From the NCBI GenBank assembly GCA_001769505.1, contig MEOF01000052.1, positions 13,557 to 77,556 of the forward strand: 64,000 nucleotides of DNA, read 5' to 3'. This document shows, one piece after another, positions 27,071-38,340 of this stretch (its first letter is position 1; the number at the start of each line of letters is the position of its first letter). This DNA is from Bacteroidetes bacterium GWF2_33_38 (GTDB taxonomy: Bacteria; Bacteroidota; Bacteroidia; Bacteroidales; GWF2-33-38). The notes beneath the pieces are model-generated. The model saw only the letters and a list, made by a program, of their open reading frames with translations. It did not search any database and was not told the origin of the DNA. The translations under genes and the position numbers were made by a program.

Positions 27071-27430
27071 TTATTCTTTTTTCTTGAATTTATAAATTAT
27101 TCGTTTGAAAAGAGGATCTTTATTCACGCTTTTATTTTTTCTCATAAAACGATTCCTATTTTTCTTATTATTGATTCTTTTTGATGTTTTTTGTGTTTTT
27201 AACATTCGTTTATAAACTGTTTTATCAGAACCAACTTCTTTCTCGCTTCCAACTTTTTTCCAATGCTCTTTTACTGCTTTTTTATGTGCTTTTTCTTCTT
27301 TTTCTCGCTTTCTCCAATATTCTTTTTTTTGGCTCTCGGTCATTTTCGACCAATCTCCTTCTTGTGAAAAAGAAAGAAATGGAATTATTATTAGAAACAA
27401 AAAAAATAATATCCGAATATAAAAATTCAT
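27071..27430 (-). CDS. hypothetical secreted, highly basic (Lys-rich) protein
   Basis: Signal peptide followed by a KE/KK-rich low-complexity sequence. Confidence 0.35.
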   Translation of the reverse strand: MNFYIRILFFLFLIIIPFLSFSQEGDWSKMTESQKKEYWRKREKEEKAHKKAVKEHWKKVGSEKEVGSDKTVYKRMLKTQKTSKRINNKKNRNRFMRKNKSVNKDPLFKRIIYKFKKKE

Positions 27431-27455
27431 TATCTTAGCAAGAAATTTTTGTCAT

Positions 27456-27890
27456 ATGTTGAAATCAAAGTTAAGATTTTTTTTAATATTTCTTATTTTT
27501 AGTGTTATTTTTTCTGGATGTAAAAACGATAATAACTACATTCCATATGTGTATGTCAACACCTATGTATATTTAAGCGACCCCGAGTTTTACGAACTCA
27601 ACGCTGTGGGAAATGCGGTTTTTTACGATTATGAGGGATATAAAGGAATTATCATTTTTAGGAAATCGATGGATGAATTTTTAGTTTTTGACAGATGTTG
27701 TTCGTACGACCCAACTACCGAATGTGAAATTGTTGAAAAAACCGACGATTCGTATCTTGTAAAATGTGATTGTTGTGGTTCAATATATTCGTTATATGAT
27801 GGATATCCGTTAGAAGGTCCTGCGGCTTTACCATTAAAGAGCTATAACCTCACTTTTGATGGAAATAATACCTTACACATTTACAATTAG
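27456..27890 (+). CDS. hypothetical Cys-rich lipoprotein
   Basis: Lipobox FSGCKN. Contains the Cys cluster (DRCCSYD..ECE..KCDCCGSIY). Confidence 0.45.
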   Translation: MLKSKLRFFLIFLIFSVIFSGCKNDNNYIPYVYVNTYVYLSDPEFYELNAVGNAVFYDYEGYKGIIIFRKSMDEFLVFDRCCSYDPTTECEIVEKTDDSYLVKCDCCGSIYSLYDGYPLEGPAALPLKSYNLTFDGNNTLHIYN

Positions 27891-27931
27891 ATAGAATCTA
27901 AATTGTTCATTATAGAACTAAATACAAAAAA

Positions 27932-27960
27932 GAAAAGCGGAGAATCTCCGCTTTTCTTTT
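27932..27960. terminator. bidirectional rho-independent terminator between convergent genes
   Basis: Perfect 12-bp arms gaaaagcggaga / tctccgcttttc, flanked by A-runs and T-runs. Confidence 0.75.
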
Positions 27961-29354
27961 TAATATCTGTAATGATCTGGTTTATATGGACCATGTTCAG
28001 GAACACCAATGTATTTTGCCTGATCAGGAGTCAATTTGGTTAATTTAACTCCAATATGATTGAGATGAAGTCTTGCAACCTCTTCGTCTAAGTGTTTTGG
28101 CAAACGATATACATCAATATCATAATTATTTTTCCATAAATCTAGCTGAGCAAGGGTTTGATTTGTAAATGAATTACTCATAACAAATGAAGGGTGTCCT
28201 GTTGCACAACCAAGATTTACCAATCGACCTTCGGCAAGAAGAATGATTGAGTGTCCATCAGGGAAAAAATACTGATCAACTTGAGGTTTAACATTTACTT
28301 TTTTAACCCCTGTAATTGCCTCCATTTTTTCAACTTGAATTTCGTTGTCGAAGTGTCCAATGTTGCAAACAATGGCTTGATCAATCATTTTCGACATATG
28401 GTCTGCCGTAATAATATCTTTATTTCCAGTAGTGGTAACATATATATTTCCTTCGCAAAGAGCATCTTCAACTGTTGTAACCTGAAAACCTTCCATTGCC
28501 GCTTGCAATGCACAAATTGGGTCGATTTCAGTAACAATTACTCTTGCTCCATAGCTTTTCATCGAGCGAGCACAACCTTTTCCTACATCGCCATATCCGC
28601 AAACAACCACAACTTTTCCAGCAAGCATGATATCTGTTGCTCGTTTAATTCCGTCAGCAAGAGATTCTTGACATCCATAAAGATTATCAAATTTTGATTT
28701 TGTTACTGAATCATTAACATTAATAGCTGGAAACAATAGTTTTCCTTCTTCTTTCATTTGATACAAGCGATGAACTCCAGTAGTTGTTTCTTCCGAAACG
28801 CCTTTTACTTTTTCGGCAACTTTATGCCACTTTTGTGGATTCTTTTTTATACTTTCTTTTAAAATTAAAAGCAATTCTTTTTCATCAGGACCACTTGGAG
28901 TTCTATCAAGGATTGATGCATTTTTCTCGGCATCTCGCCCCACATGAATCATCATAGTTGCATCACCACCATCATCAACGATTAAATCAGGACCTGAGCC
29001 ATCGGGAAAACACAAAGCTTTTTCGGTACACCACCAATACTCTGCTAATGTTTCACCTTTCCACGCATAGACAGGAATTCCTACAGCCGCTATTGCAGCA
29101 GCAGCATGATCTTGAGTTGAAAAAATATTACAACTGCACCAACGAACATTTGCTCCAAGTTCGACTAATGTTTCAATTAATACTGCCGTTTGAATTGTCA
29201 TGTGTAAAGACCCCATGATCTTGGCTCCTTTTAAAGGTTTTTCTGCACCAAACTTTTTTCTTAACGACATCAGCCCTGGCATCTCATTTTCAGCCAAAAC
29301 TATTTCTTTTCTTCCCCATTCTGCGAGGGAAATATCTTTTACTTTATAATCCAT
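27960..29354 (-). CDS. ahcY: adenosylhomocysteinase
   Basis: 464 aa. N-terminus [26 protein letters not shown] and NAD-binding [10 protein letters not shown]. Confidence 0.95.
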   Translation of the reverse strand: MDYKVKDISLAEWGRKEIVLAENEMPGLMSLRKKFGAEKPLKGAKIMGSLHMTIQTAVLIETLVELGANVRWCSCNIFSTQDHAAAAIAAVGIPVYAWKGETLAEYWWCTEKALCFPDGSGPDLIVDDGGDATMMIHVGRDAEKNASILDRTPSGPDEKELLLILKESIKKNPQKWHKVAEKVKGVSEETTTGVHRLYQMKEEGKLLFPAINVNDSVTKSKFDNLYGCQESLADGIKRATDIMLAGKVVVVCGYGDVGKGCARSMKSYGARVIVTEIDPICALQAAMEGFQVTTVEDALCEGNIYVTTTGNKDIITADHMSKMIDQAIVCNIGHFDNEIQVEKMEAITGVKKVNVKPQVDQYFFPDGHSIILLAEGRLVNLGCATGHPSFVMSNSFTNQTLAQLDLWKNNYDIDVYRLPKHLDEEVARLHLNHIGVKLTKLTPDQAKYIGVPEHGPYKPDHYRY

Positions 29355-29405
29355 AGTGTATTTAATTATTTTTCAAAATTAACAATTTCATTAGAAATAA
29401 CAAGG

Positions 29406-30335
29406 TTAAATTTTTATTATTGATTTACATATAGCGATGTCATTTTCGATTTGAGAAATAAGTTCAGCTATCGAATCGAATTTTTTTTCTGTTCGAATAT
29501 ATTTAATAAATTCTACCTGAATTGATTTTTTATATATATTCTCATCAAAATCAAAAATATGAACTTCGATGGTTGTGTTTAATTTATTTTCTGTTATCGT
29601 TGGTTTATGACCAATGTTTAACACTCCATTATAAGACTTATTATTAATGTAAACTTTTACAGCATATACGCCTTGTTTTGGCACTAATTTATTCTTATCA
29701 ACAATTATATTTGCCGTTGGAAAACCTATTTTTCTTCCTATTCTAAGACCATCAGTAACAATTCCTGTCATGAAATAATTATATCCCAACAAAGTATTGG
29801 CATTTTCAAGTTCTCCTTCCGATAACATTCTTCGAATAGTTGTTGAACTTATGTTTGTTAAGCCTTCTCGATATTCCTCTACTTTTTCGATTTCAAAATT
29901 CCATTCCTTTGCATAATTCTGAAGATTATCAAAATTTCCTTCACGGTTTTTTCCAAAATGATGATCATAACCAAAAATAATAGACCTAAGACCAATCATT
30001 TCCACCAAATATTTTTTTACAAAATCCAAGGGCGACAAAACGGAAAACTCCTTTGTAAAAGGACAGACCAAAACTTTATCAATCCCTAAATTATTGAACA
30101 ATTGTGTTTTTTCGTCCAGAGTATTCAATAAAAATATTGGTTTTTCGTTTTGCTGTAAAACGATTCGCGGATGTGGCCAAAAAGTAATGATTAAAGGGGT
30201 TCCATTAATTTCTTTTGCTTTTTGAAGAAGTCTATTAATTATTTGCTTATGTCCAAGATGTACACCATCGAAAGTACCAATTGTAACAACGGGATTCTTT
30301 ACTTTAAAATCTTCAATATTTCGACAAAAATTCAC
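29406..30335 (-). CDS. ribF: bifunctional riboflavin kinase / FAD synthetase
   Basis: VVTIGTFDGVHLGHKQII; C-terminal riboflavin kinase domain (GFPTANI..); 309 aa. Confidence 0.93.
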   Translation of the reverse strand: MNFCRNIEDFKVKNPVVTIGTFDGVHLGHKQIINRLLQKAKEINGTPLIITFWPHPRIVLQQNEKPIFLLNTLDEKTQLFNNLGIDKVLVCPFTKEFSVLSPLDFVKKYLVEMIGLRSIIFGYDHHFGKNREGNFDNLQNYAKEWNFEIEKVEEYREGLTNISSTTIRRMLSEGELENANTLLGYNYFMTGIVTDGLRIGRKIGFPTANIIVDKNKLVPKQGVYAVKVYINNKSYNGVLNIGHKPTITENKLNTTIEVHIFDFDENIYKKSIQVEFIKYIRTEKKFDSIAELISQIENDIAICKSIIKI

Positions 30336-30427
30336 AAACTATATTTAAAGGGCTACAAAAGTACAAAAATGTTTTAAGACTTTCTTTTTATTTGTAATTT
30401 TGCGTACTAATTTTTAAACTAATACAA

Positions 30428-31594
30428 ATGAAAAATCAATTATTTATCCCTATTTTGTTATTATTGTTTGCGTTGATTAATTCTTGCACCCAATCTTCTG
30501 AAGGTTACATCATAAAAGGAAATCTAGAAAACGGAAACGGAAAAATAATTTTAATGAACGAACTAAACACAACTAGCTTAGACCTTATTGATTCTGTTAA
30601 AATAGAGGATGATGGTTCATTTCTTTTTGAAGGAAAAACCTCAAGCCCTATGTTTCTATTTTTTCAGATGGGAAACAACAATTTTATCACACTTGTTGTT
30701 GACTCTCTTGATAATATTGAGGTTACAGGCGATGCTAATAATTTAGCTGGGACATATAACGTAAAAGGTTCAAAAGACTCTGAGTTAATTCGCGAACTCA
30801 ATATGCGATTGTCAAAAACACTTTTGCAAGTTGACTCAATTGCGGCCATTTTTAATCAAAATAAAGAAAACCCATCTATTGATTCGATAAAAGCGGAGCT
30901 TGATAAAACATACGCTCAAATAATAGCCAAACACAAAGAATTTGTTACTTCATTTCTCGACAAAAATACCGAATCGCTTGCATGTATCATGGCTCTCTAT
31001 CAACAAGTGCGAAGAAATCCAATATTGAATGCTGTTCAAGATATTGAATATTTCGAAAAAGTTGATAATGCTTTATCTAAAAAATATCCACAGTCAAAAC
31101 ACACTAAAGCATTACATGCCAATGTAATCGAAGTGAAAAAAGTTATTGCATCTGAACAATCAAAACCTCAAGATGCGAGTATAGGAGCCATCGCTCCAGA
31201 AATTACATTGCCAACTCCAACAGGAGAAATGATGTCGTTATCTTCTTTAAGAGGCAAATATGTACTTTTAGATTTTTGGGCAGGATGGTGCCGACCTTGC
31301 AGAATGGAAAGCCCAAACTTAGTTGCAAACTATAAAAAGTTTCATTCTAAAGGATTTGAAATTTTTCAAGTTTCTTTGGACAAAACTAAAGATGAATGGA
31401 CGAAAGCAATTGAAAAAGACGGACTAAATTGGAATCACGTGAGCGACTTACAATACTGGAACTCGACAGCAGTCAAAACGTATGGTGTTGGAAGCATTCC
31501 TGCAAGTTTTTTAATTGATAAAGATGGAAAAATCATAGCAAAAGATTTAAGAGGCGATGCACTTGGGCAAAAATTAGCTGAGATTTTTAATTAA
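30428..31594 (+). CDS. TlpA/AhpC-TSA family thiol:disulfide oxidoreductase lipoprotein
   Basis: Lipobox INSCTQ and a C-terminal thioredoxin fold with FWAGWCRPC (CxxC). Confidence 0.85.
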   Translation: MKNQLFIPILLLLFALINSCTQSSEGYIIKGNLENGNGKIILMNELNTTSLDLIDSVKIEDDGSFLFEGKTSSPMFLFFQMGNNNFITLVVDSLDNIEVTGDANNLAGTYNVKGSKDSELIRELNMRLSKTLLQVDSIAAIFNQNKENPSIDSIKAELDKTYAQIIAKHKEFVTSFLDKNTESLACIMALYQQVRRNPILNAVQDIEYFEKVDNALSKKYPQSKHTKALHANVIEVKKVIASEQSKPQDASIGAIAPEITLPTPTGEMMSLSSLRGKYVLLDFWAGWCRPCRMESPNLVANYKKFHSKGFEIFQVSLDKTKDEWTKAIEKDGLNWNHVSDLQYWNSTAVKTYGVGSIPASFLIDKDGKIIAKDLRGDALGQKLAEIFN

Positions 31595-31673
31595 ACCCAT
31601 AAAATCAAATCCTTGACGGACTGTTTACTCAAGAGTTTGACTTAAAAAATGAAGATGTTTTTTCATAATTTTA

Positions 31674-32537
31674 ATGCACGAAAATAAAATAAAAAGCTAC
31701 CTTTCCTTAGTTAAGTTCAGTCATACAATTTTTGCATTGCCATTTGCTTTCATTGGTTTTTTTTTGGCAACTCAAAAATATAATTTTGAATTTAAATGGT
31801 CTTTACTAGGACTGGTTGTGCTATGTATGATTTTCGCTCGCAATGCAGCCATGGGATTCAATCGACTGATTGACAGAGAAATTGATCTTAAAAATACAAG
31901 AACTGCAAATAGAGAAATTCCGTCAGGAAAAATTCAAATAGCTTCGGCTCGCTTATTTATTATTGTAAATGCTATTTTTTTTGTAGCAAGTACATATTTT
32001 ATTAACCCTTTGTGTTTCTATTTGTCGCCTATTGCTCTTCTTATTATTTTAGGCTACAGCTTTACAAAAAAAATTACGGTTCTTTGTCATTTTATACTAG
32101 GTCTAGGGCTTTCCCTTGCTCCTATTGGTGCTTTTATTGCGGTTACTGGAGAATTCAAATTATTGCCAATGCTTTTTTCGATTGTTGTTTTGTTTTGGGT
32201 AAGTGGATTCGATATAATATATGCCTTACAAGATGAAAGTTTTGACAAAGTCGAAAACTTGAAGTCTATCCCTGTTTTATTCGGAAAAAAACGAGCACTT
32301 CTTCTTTCTCGACTACTTCATTTAATTGTTGTTCTTTTTATTGGTTTAATTGGACTTTTTGACTTAGGAAATTTTTACTGGCTTGGGGCGTTTATCTTTT
32401 CAATTTTACTTATGTATCAACACACGATTGTGAAAGTAAATGATTTATCGAAACTAAATTTAGCCTTTTTTACTGCAAACGGAATTGCGAGTGTAATATT
32501 TGGAATATTTGTAATTCTTGGCTTACTTGTACGATAA
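31674..32537 (+). CDS. UbiA family polyprenyltransferase
   Basis: NRLIDREID (NxxxDxxxD) and YALQDESFD motifs; about 8-9 TM helices. Confidence 0.8.
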   Translation: MHENKIKSYLSLVKFSHTIFALPFAFIGFFLATQKYNFEFKWSLLGLVVLCMIFARNAAMGFNRLIDREIDLKNTRTANREIPSGKIQIASARLFIIVNAIFFVASTYFINPLCFYLSPIALLIILGYSFTKKITVLCHFILGLGLSLAPIGAFIAVTGEFKLLPMLFSIVVLFWVSGFDIIYALQDESFDKVENLKSIPVLFGKKRALLLSRLLHLIVVLFIGLIGLFDLGNFYWLGAFIFSILLMYQHTIVKVNDLSKLNLAFFTANGIASVIFGIFVILGLLVR

Positions 32538-32629
32538 ATTTTGTTCAACATATATTTTGTGGCATTTGTAAAAAAAACATTGTAGTTTTGTAAATGTTGT
32601 GAGATGAAAATATTTTCCGACAATTTAAA

Positions 32630-33076
32630 ATGTTATGTGGTTCAATTTTTGTTAATTCTTTTCTCTTTAAAAAAATGAAAACACGAAAACTAATAATAAC
32701 GATAGTTTTATTAAACCTGCTTGTAACAATTGGGTTTACACAAACTCAGACAATCCCACCTGTCATTATCAATGCATTGAAAGTTGGAAATGCAGCCGAG
32801 TTGGCGAAAAATTTTAATACCGAAGTCGAACTTGTAATTTTAGAAACCGAAGAGGTTTATAGCAAAGCCCAGTCGGAAATTATATTGAAAGACTTTTTTG
32901 CTAAAAACAAACCAAACGATTTCAAAATTCTTCATCAAGGAGGAAAAGAAGATTCAAAATATGGAATTGGCAACTTATCTACATCAAATAACGTTTTTAG
33001 AGTTTATTTTTTACTGAAAATGAAAAACGAAAAACTATTGATCCATCAACTTAGAATCGAAGATAACGATGAATAA
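32630..33076 (+). CDS. DUF4783-like secreted protein; likely true start at MKTRK (about nt 32675)
   Basis: Signal peptide after the internal Met. The pattern ..VGNAAELAKNFNTEVELVI..YSKAQSEIILKDFF.. is recalled as DUF4783. Confidence 0.45.
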   Translation: MLCGSIFVNSFLFKKMKTRKLIITIVLLNLLVTIGFTQTQTIPPVIINALKVGNAAELAKNFNTEVELVILETEEVYSKAQSEIILKDFFAKNKPNDFKILHQGGKEDSKYGIGNLSTSNNVFRVYFLLKMKNEKLLIHQLRIEDNDE

Positions 33077-33911
33077 CTCTTTTCTCAACGATTTTATCGA
33101 AAATGCAATTAAAGAAGATATAGGAAGTGGCGACCACACAAGCCTCTCCTGCATTCTAGAACACAAATTAGGGAAAGCCAAATTGATTGTAAAAGATGAT
33201 GGAATAATTGCAGGTATCGAAGTCGCAAAAAATATTTTTTCGAAAATTGACCCAAACCTCAAACTCGATTTTTTTTTAGAAGACGGTGTTGCAATTAAAT
33301 ATGGAGATATTGCTTTTACAGTAAACGGAAGCATTCATTCAATTCTAAAATCCGAACGATTGGTTTTAAACATCATGCAACGCATGAGTGGTATTGCCAC
33401 AGAAACGAATAAATACGTTCAAAAACTTGACGGCTTACATACAAAAATTCTTGACACCCGAAAAACCACACCCGGAATACGATTCTTAGAAAAAGAAGCC
33501 GTGAAAATCGGAGGTGGCACAAACCACCGTTTTGGCTTATTTGACATGATAATGATTAAAGACAATCATATAGATTATGCAGGAGGAATTGAAAAAGCAA
33601 TACTTGCCACTCATAAATATTTAAAAGATAATAAATTGAATTTAAAAGTTGAAATCGAAGCTCGTTCGATTGATGACGTAAAAAAAATTCTTCAAATTGG
33701 CAAAGTGGATAGAATTATGCTTGATAATTTTTCAACTGAAAAAACTCTTGAAGCAGTCAAAATCATCAATCGTAAGATTGAAGTCGAGTCATCAGGAGGT
33801 ATAACTTTTGAAACTATTAGAAAATATGCAGAGTGCGGCGTTGATTTTATTTCCGTAGGAGCATTAACCCACCATATCAAAAGTTTGGATATGAGTTTAA
33901 AAGCATTTTAA
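33069..33911 (+). CDS. nadC: nicotinate-nucleotide diphosphorylase (carboxylating) / quinolinate phosphoribosyltransferase
   Basis: 280 aa with ..EDIGSGDHTS.., ILDTRKTTPGIR and MIKDNH motifs. Confidence 0.92.
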   Translation: MNNSFLNDFIENAIKEDIGSGDHTSLSCILEHKLGKAKLIVKDDGIIAGIEVAKNIFSKIDPNLKLDFFLEDGVAIKYGDIAFTVNGSIHSILKSERLVLNIMQRMSGIATETNKYVQKLDGLHTKILDTRKTTPGIRFLEKEAVKIGGGTNHRFGLFDMIMIKDNHIDYAGGIEKAILATHKYLKDNKLNLKVEIEARSIDDVKKILQIGKVDRIMLDNFSTEKTLEAVKIINRKIEVESSGGITFETIRKYAECGVDFISVGALTHHIKSLDMSLKAF

Positions 33912-34852
33912 GACTCTGAAGAATTCTTTAAAAAATCTATATTTCTTTTCAAATTATCGTAGCCAGTTCTTTCAATGGGCGTATTTTTAAATAAAGCATT
34001 AAACTCTTCGTGCGACAAATTCTCCCAAAAGTCGTTCGTATTTTTGTTTATATGCTTGTTTGTCAAATAACTTTCTTCGTTTGTTAAAACAGGTTTATTA
34101 TTCCACGGACAAACATTTTGACAGATATCGCAGCCAAAAATCCAATTTTGATATTTTCCCTTTAAACTTGTCGAAATCTCTTTTTTATTCTCAATGGTTT
34201 GATACGAAATACACTTGTTAGCATTGATTACATAAGGAAATTCTATTGCTTTAGTGGGACAAGCATCGATGCACTTTGAGCAACTTCCACAAAATTCGGT
34301 TCCCAATTTCTTGTCATATTCGAGTTCTAAATTGATAAAAATTTCGCCAATGAAAAAGAACGAACCTAAATCTTTATTAATTAAACACGAATTTTTACCA
34401 ACCCAACCCAACCCTGCATTTCTAGCCAAAGCCCTTTCCAAAATCGGTGCAGAATCGACAAAACACCTCCCATCAATTGTGGCATCAAGTGCTTTAAGTG
34501 AATTCAACAAAATCGCAAGTTTGTTTTTCATTACACTGTGATAATCAAGACCTAAAGCATATTGCGAAATATTATATTTATCACTATTTTCAACTTTTGC
34601 CGAAAAATAATTATGAAGAACAACAATAGCCGACTTTGAGCCTTCTGTAATCAAGTTCGGATCGATTCTTTTTTCAACATTTCGATTCATATACTGCATT
34701 TCTGCATTCATTCCATTTTCAAGCCATTTTTTAAGATGAATTTCTTCTTCTTCAAACTTCGATAACTTAACAATTCCGATTTTATCGAATCCTAAGTCAA
34801 AAGCTTTAGCTTTTATTAAATCGGTTAAATATTTTTTAGTTAAATTTCGCAA
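33908..34852 (-). CDS. queG: epoxyqueuosine reductase
   Basis: 314 aa. Two 4Fe-4S motifs (CGSCSKCIDACPTKAI and CDICQNVCPWN). Confidence 0.88.
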   Translation of the reverse strand: MRNLTKKYLTDLIKAKAFDLGFDKIGIVKLSKFEEEEIHLKKWLENGMNAEMQYMNRNVEKRIDPNLITEGSKSAIVVLHNYFSAKVENSDKYNISQYALGLDYHSVMKNKLAILLNSLKALDATIDGRCFVDSAPILERALARNAGLGWVGKNSCLINKDLGSFFFIGEIFINLELEYDKKLGTEFCGSCSKCIDACPTKAIEFPYVINANKCISYQTIENKKEISTSLKGKYQNWIFGCDICQNVCPWNNKPVLTNEESYLTNKHINKNTNDFWENLSHEEFNALFKNTPIERTGYDNLKRNIDFLKNSSES

Positions 34853-34915
34853 TATTTAAAATCTTAAAACAGATGAAACATCCACAAGCAATAAATTGAA
34901 AAAAAAAATAAACAC

Positions 34916-36283
34916 ATGAAAATAACATATTTATTCGGATTTATCCTACTCATGAACACAGTTTTTGCTCAAAAAGAGGATTCTATACAAATCGCGAGCA
35001 TATACAAAAACGCACTAAATAGTACAATTGCACATAAAAACTTAAACTACTTGTGCAAAAATTACAGCGAAAGGCTTTGTGGTTCCGAAAATGCTGAAAA
35101 AGCAATTCTTTGGGGAAAAGAAGCTATGCAAAAACTTGGGTTCGATACCGTATATTTACAAAAAACAATGGTTAAACATTGGGTGCGAGAGAAAAACGAA
35201 ATTTGCAACATATCATCTACTAAACTAGGTCAATTCAATGCAAACGTTATTGCTTTAGGCGAGTCGGTTGGAACCTCAGGAAATGGAATTGAGGCAAATG
35301 TTATTGAAATTTCAAGTTTTGAAGAACTTAAAAAATTAGGGAGAGAAAAAATAGCCGGAAAAATAGTTTTCTTCAATTTCAAAATGAACAACGATTACTT
35401 TATGACTTTCCATGCATATGGCGATGCGGCAGGATACCGAGTTCATGGAGCTTCGGAAGCGGCAAAATATGATGCTAAAGCAGTGATTATTCGTTCACTC
35501 AGTTTGATTTCAAGCAAAAATCCACATACAGGAATTATGCGTTACGACGAGGAAATAAATAAAATTCCAGCTGTTGCAATAAGCACAATCGATGCAGACT
35601 CGCTTAGTACTTGGCTTAAAAATGATAATAATCTGCAAATTTATTTGAAAACAAATACCAAATTTCTCCCCGAAACTTTATCTTATAATGTAATTGGAGA
35701 GATACGAGGAGAAAAAACTCCTGAAAAAATTATTACGGTTGGTGGTCATTTAGACTCTTGGGACAATTGCGAGGGAGCTCACGACGACGGTGTAGGTTGT
35801 ATGCACGCAATGGAAGTTGGTCGTATTTTTAAAGACCTAAATATAAAGCCAAGCAACACAATACGAACTGTTCTTTTTATGGATGAAGAAACCAACCAAC
35901 GAGGCGGAAAATCATACGCAGAAGAAACCAAATCAAAAAACGAAACCATAATTGCAGCATTGGAATCAGATGCTGGAGGATTTACGCCACAAGGGTTTTC
36001 CATAGATGGAAACGAATCCCAATTACAAAAACTTCAAACTTGGAAACCTCTTTTTGAACCTTATGGACTTTTTTATTTCAAAAAAGGTTGGGGGGGTGTA
36101 GATATTCATCCGCTGAAAGAACAAGGAGTTCCTTTAATTGGACTAATTATCGACTCGCAGCGATATTTCGACTATCAACACTCTTCTACCGATGTTTTTG
36201 AAGCCGTAAATCGAAGACAAATGCAATTGGGCAGCGGTTCTCTTGCTTCGTTAATTTACTTAATTGATAAATACGGATTATAA
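34916..36283 (+). CDS. M28 family zinc aminopeptidase with PA domain
   Basis: GGHLDSWDNCEGAHDDGVGC and ..FMDEE.. metal-ligand motifs, plus a signal peptide. Confidence 0.8.
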   Translation: MKITYLFGFILLMNTVFAQKEDSIQIASIYKNALNSTIAHKNLNYLCKNYSERLCGSENAEKAILWGKEAMQKLGFDTVYLQKTMVKHWVREKNEICNISSTKLGQFNANVIALGESVGTSGNGIEANVIEISSFEELKKLGREKIAGKIVFFNFKMNNDYFMTFHAYGDAAGYRVHGASEAAKYDAKAVIIRSLSLISSKNPHTGIMRYDEEINKIPAVAISTIDADSLSTWLKNDNNLQIYLKTNTKFLPETLSYNVIGEIRGEKTPEKIITVGGHLDSWDNCEGAHDDGVGCMHAMEVGRIFKDLNIKPSNTIRTVLFMDEETNQRGGKSYAEETKSKNETIIAALESDAGGFTPQGFSIDGNESQLQKLQTWKPLFEPYGLFYFKKGWGGVDIHPLKEQGVPLIGLIIDSQRYFDYQHSSTDVFEAVNRRQMQLGSGSLASLIYLIDKYGL

Positions 36284-36297
36284 AACACATTTAAAAA

Positions 36298-37272
36298 TTG
36301 AAGTTAATGTCAAAAAAAACTAAGCTATTTTTATTCGGTTTTATATCTGCTTGCATGTTATTATCTTGCTATGTAAATAATGACATCGAATTAAAAATCA
36401 CTGAACGAAAAGTATTAAAAGGAGTCCCTTCTGCTTCGGGAATTAGTATTTATAACGATAGCATTTTTGTAATTGGCGACAATTCTCCATGGATTTTTCA
36501 ACTGAATCAACATATGGAATTATCTAAAAAAATCCCATTAGAAAAAAGGAACTATTCAACCGACACCCTATACTCAAAATCAGAAAAGCCGGATTACGAG
36601 GCATTTGAAGCAATCAAAACCGAAATGGGAAATAAATTTTATTTACTGGGGTCTGGGTCGAAATCTCCACATCGCGATGTTTTATTAATATTCGATTACA
36701 ATAGTAAAAATTCAATCAAAACATATTCGCTGGAAAAGTTTTATTCCAACATAAAATCGTCGAGAGAAATTGATGGACATTTTCTTAATATTGAAGCCCT
36801 TGCAATCGAAGGAGACAAGATGTTTTTGTTTAACAGAGGAAAAAATTTGATGCTTCAATATTCATTAAAAGAATTTACCGAATATGCGGTTTTAGGCAAA
36901 GGATTTCCTAAAGCAAAAATTTACGAAATCGAACTCCCGAAAATTAATGGAATCGAAGCTGGCTTTTCAGGAGCAACGGCAATACCCAATCAACATAAAA
37001 TTATTTTTACGGCCTCAATTGAAAATACCACAAACCCTATTGACGATGGCGACATTCTTGGTAGTTTTGTTGGAATTATCGATTTAAATGAAGTCAAAAA
37101 TCAATATTTTCCTTTAAGTTCGCCTATTTCAGAAAACAATGAAATTCTCAAAATAAAAGTTGAATCAGTAACTATTTCGAAGCAAATTACTGAAAACTGT
37201 CTTGAAATTATACTTGTTACCGATAGCGACGGAGGAGATTCTGAAATATTAAAAACACATTTAACGTATTAA
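36298..37272 (+). CDS. hypothetical lipoprotein
   Basis: Lipobox LLSCYV. No family recognised. Confidence 0.4.
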   Translation: MKLMSKKTKLFLFGFISACMLLSCYVNNDIELKITERKVLKGVPSASGISIYNDSIFVIGDNSPWIFQLNQHMELSKKIPLEKRNYSTDTLYSKSEKPDYEAFEAIKTEMGNKFYLLGSGSKSPHRDVLLIFDYNSKNSIKTYSLEKFYSNIKSSREIDGHFLNIEALAIEGDKMFLFNRGKNLMLQYSLKEFTEYAVLGKGFPKAKIYEIELPKINGIEAGFSGATAIPNQHKIIFTASIENTTNPIDDGDILGSFVGIIDLNEVKNQYFPLSSPISENNEILKIKVESVTISKQITENCLEIILVTDSDGGDSEILKTHLTY

Positions 37273-37291
37273 ATAAAACTAATTAAAAACC

Positions 37292-38281
37292 ATGAGAAAC
37301 GTAATTATTATTTTAACCCTAATTTTGGCATTTTCATCATGTAAATCGAACCGAGAATTTTTTACCAAAGATGGTTTCACACAGGGAACAACTTATCACA
37401 TTGTATACAAAGCAAGCGAAAACCAAAACTCAGAAATCGATTCATTGCTCAATCTAGTAAATAAAACATTTTCGCTTTACGACAAAGAATCTATGCTTTC
37501 GAAAGTCAATGAAAGAGAATCTTACGAAGTAAATGAAATGTTTGTTGAATTGATTAATTTATCGACCCGAATAAGCAATGAAACTAGTGGCGGGTTTGAT
37601 ATAAGCGTTGGTCAATTGGTAAATGCCTTTGGATTTGGAAATACCGATACCATGGCTATTGATAGTGCATTAATTGATAGTTTGCGACAATATGTTGGTT
37701 TTGAAAAAATCAATATTAATGGTACAAAAATTACAAAAATCAAAAATCTTAAAATCGACTTAAATGCAATTGCTCAAGGGTATACCTGTGATGTAATTGC
37801 CGATTATTTCGACAAAATCGACCTCAATAATTATTTAGTTGAAATTGGAGGAGAAGTTAGAGCAAAAGGAGTAAATGATAAAAAAATGATTTGGAAAGTC
37901 GGAATAGATAAACCGGTTGACAATAGTGGATTAGAAAACCGTGAGTTGCAAGAAATTATTCTTCTCGAAAATAAATCACTCGCTACAAGTGGCAATTATC
38001 GTAAATTTTATGTAAAAAATGGAGTTCGATATTCCCACACCATAAATCCCAAAACAGGTTATCCGGTTAAACATAATTTATTAAGCGTAACTGTTTTGGC
38101 AAATACAGGAGCTGAAGCCGATGCATATGCAACTTCTTTTATGGTTCTCGGGCTTGAAAAAGCTATGGAAATGGTTAATAAAAATCCCGATTTAAAAGCC
38201 TATTTTATATCTGCAAATGCTGATGGAACTTTTAAAATTGATATGTCAAACGGAATGGAAGACCTAATTTTTAAAGAGTAA
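37292..38281 (+). CDS. apbE: FAD:protein FMN transferase (ApbE family)
   Basis: Lipobox FSSCKS. ApbE-like segments GGFDISVGQLVNAFGF, AIAQGY and LATSGNYRKF..YSHTINPKTG. Confidence 0.85.
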   Translation: MRNVIIILTLILAFSSCKSNREFFTKDGFTQGTTYHIVYKASENQNSEIDSLLNLVNKTFSLYDKESMLSKVNERESYEVNEMFVELINLSTRISNETSGGFDISVGQLVNAFGFGNTDTMAIDSALIDSLRQYVGFEKININGTKITKIKNLKIDLNAIAQGYTCDVIADYFDKIDLNNYLVEIGGEVRAKGVNDKKMIWKVGIDKPVDNSGLENRELQEIILLENKSLATSGNYRKFYVKNGVRYSHTINPKTGYPVKHNLLSVTVLANTGAEADAYATSFMVLGLEKAMEMVNKNPDLKAYFISANADGTFKIDMSNGMEDLIFKE

Positions 38282-38340
38282 AGTCAATCTTTTTTCTAAT
38301 GTCTAAATCCGAGAAGTAGTCTTTTCTGATTATTGTATAT

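Noticed and set aside
29355-29405. Riboswitch or leader RNA upstream of ahcY/ribF and other metabolic genes
   Set aside because: The intergenic regions are short and AT-rich, with no recognisable conserved riboswitch cores (SAH, FMN).
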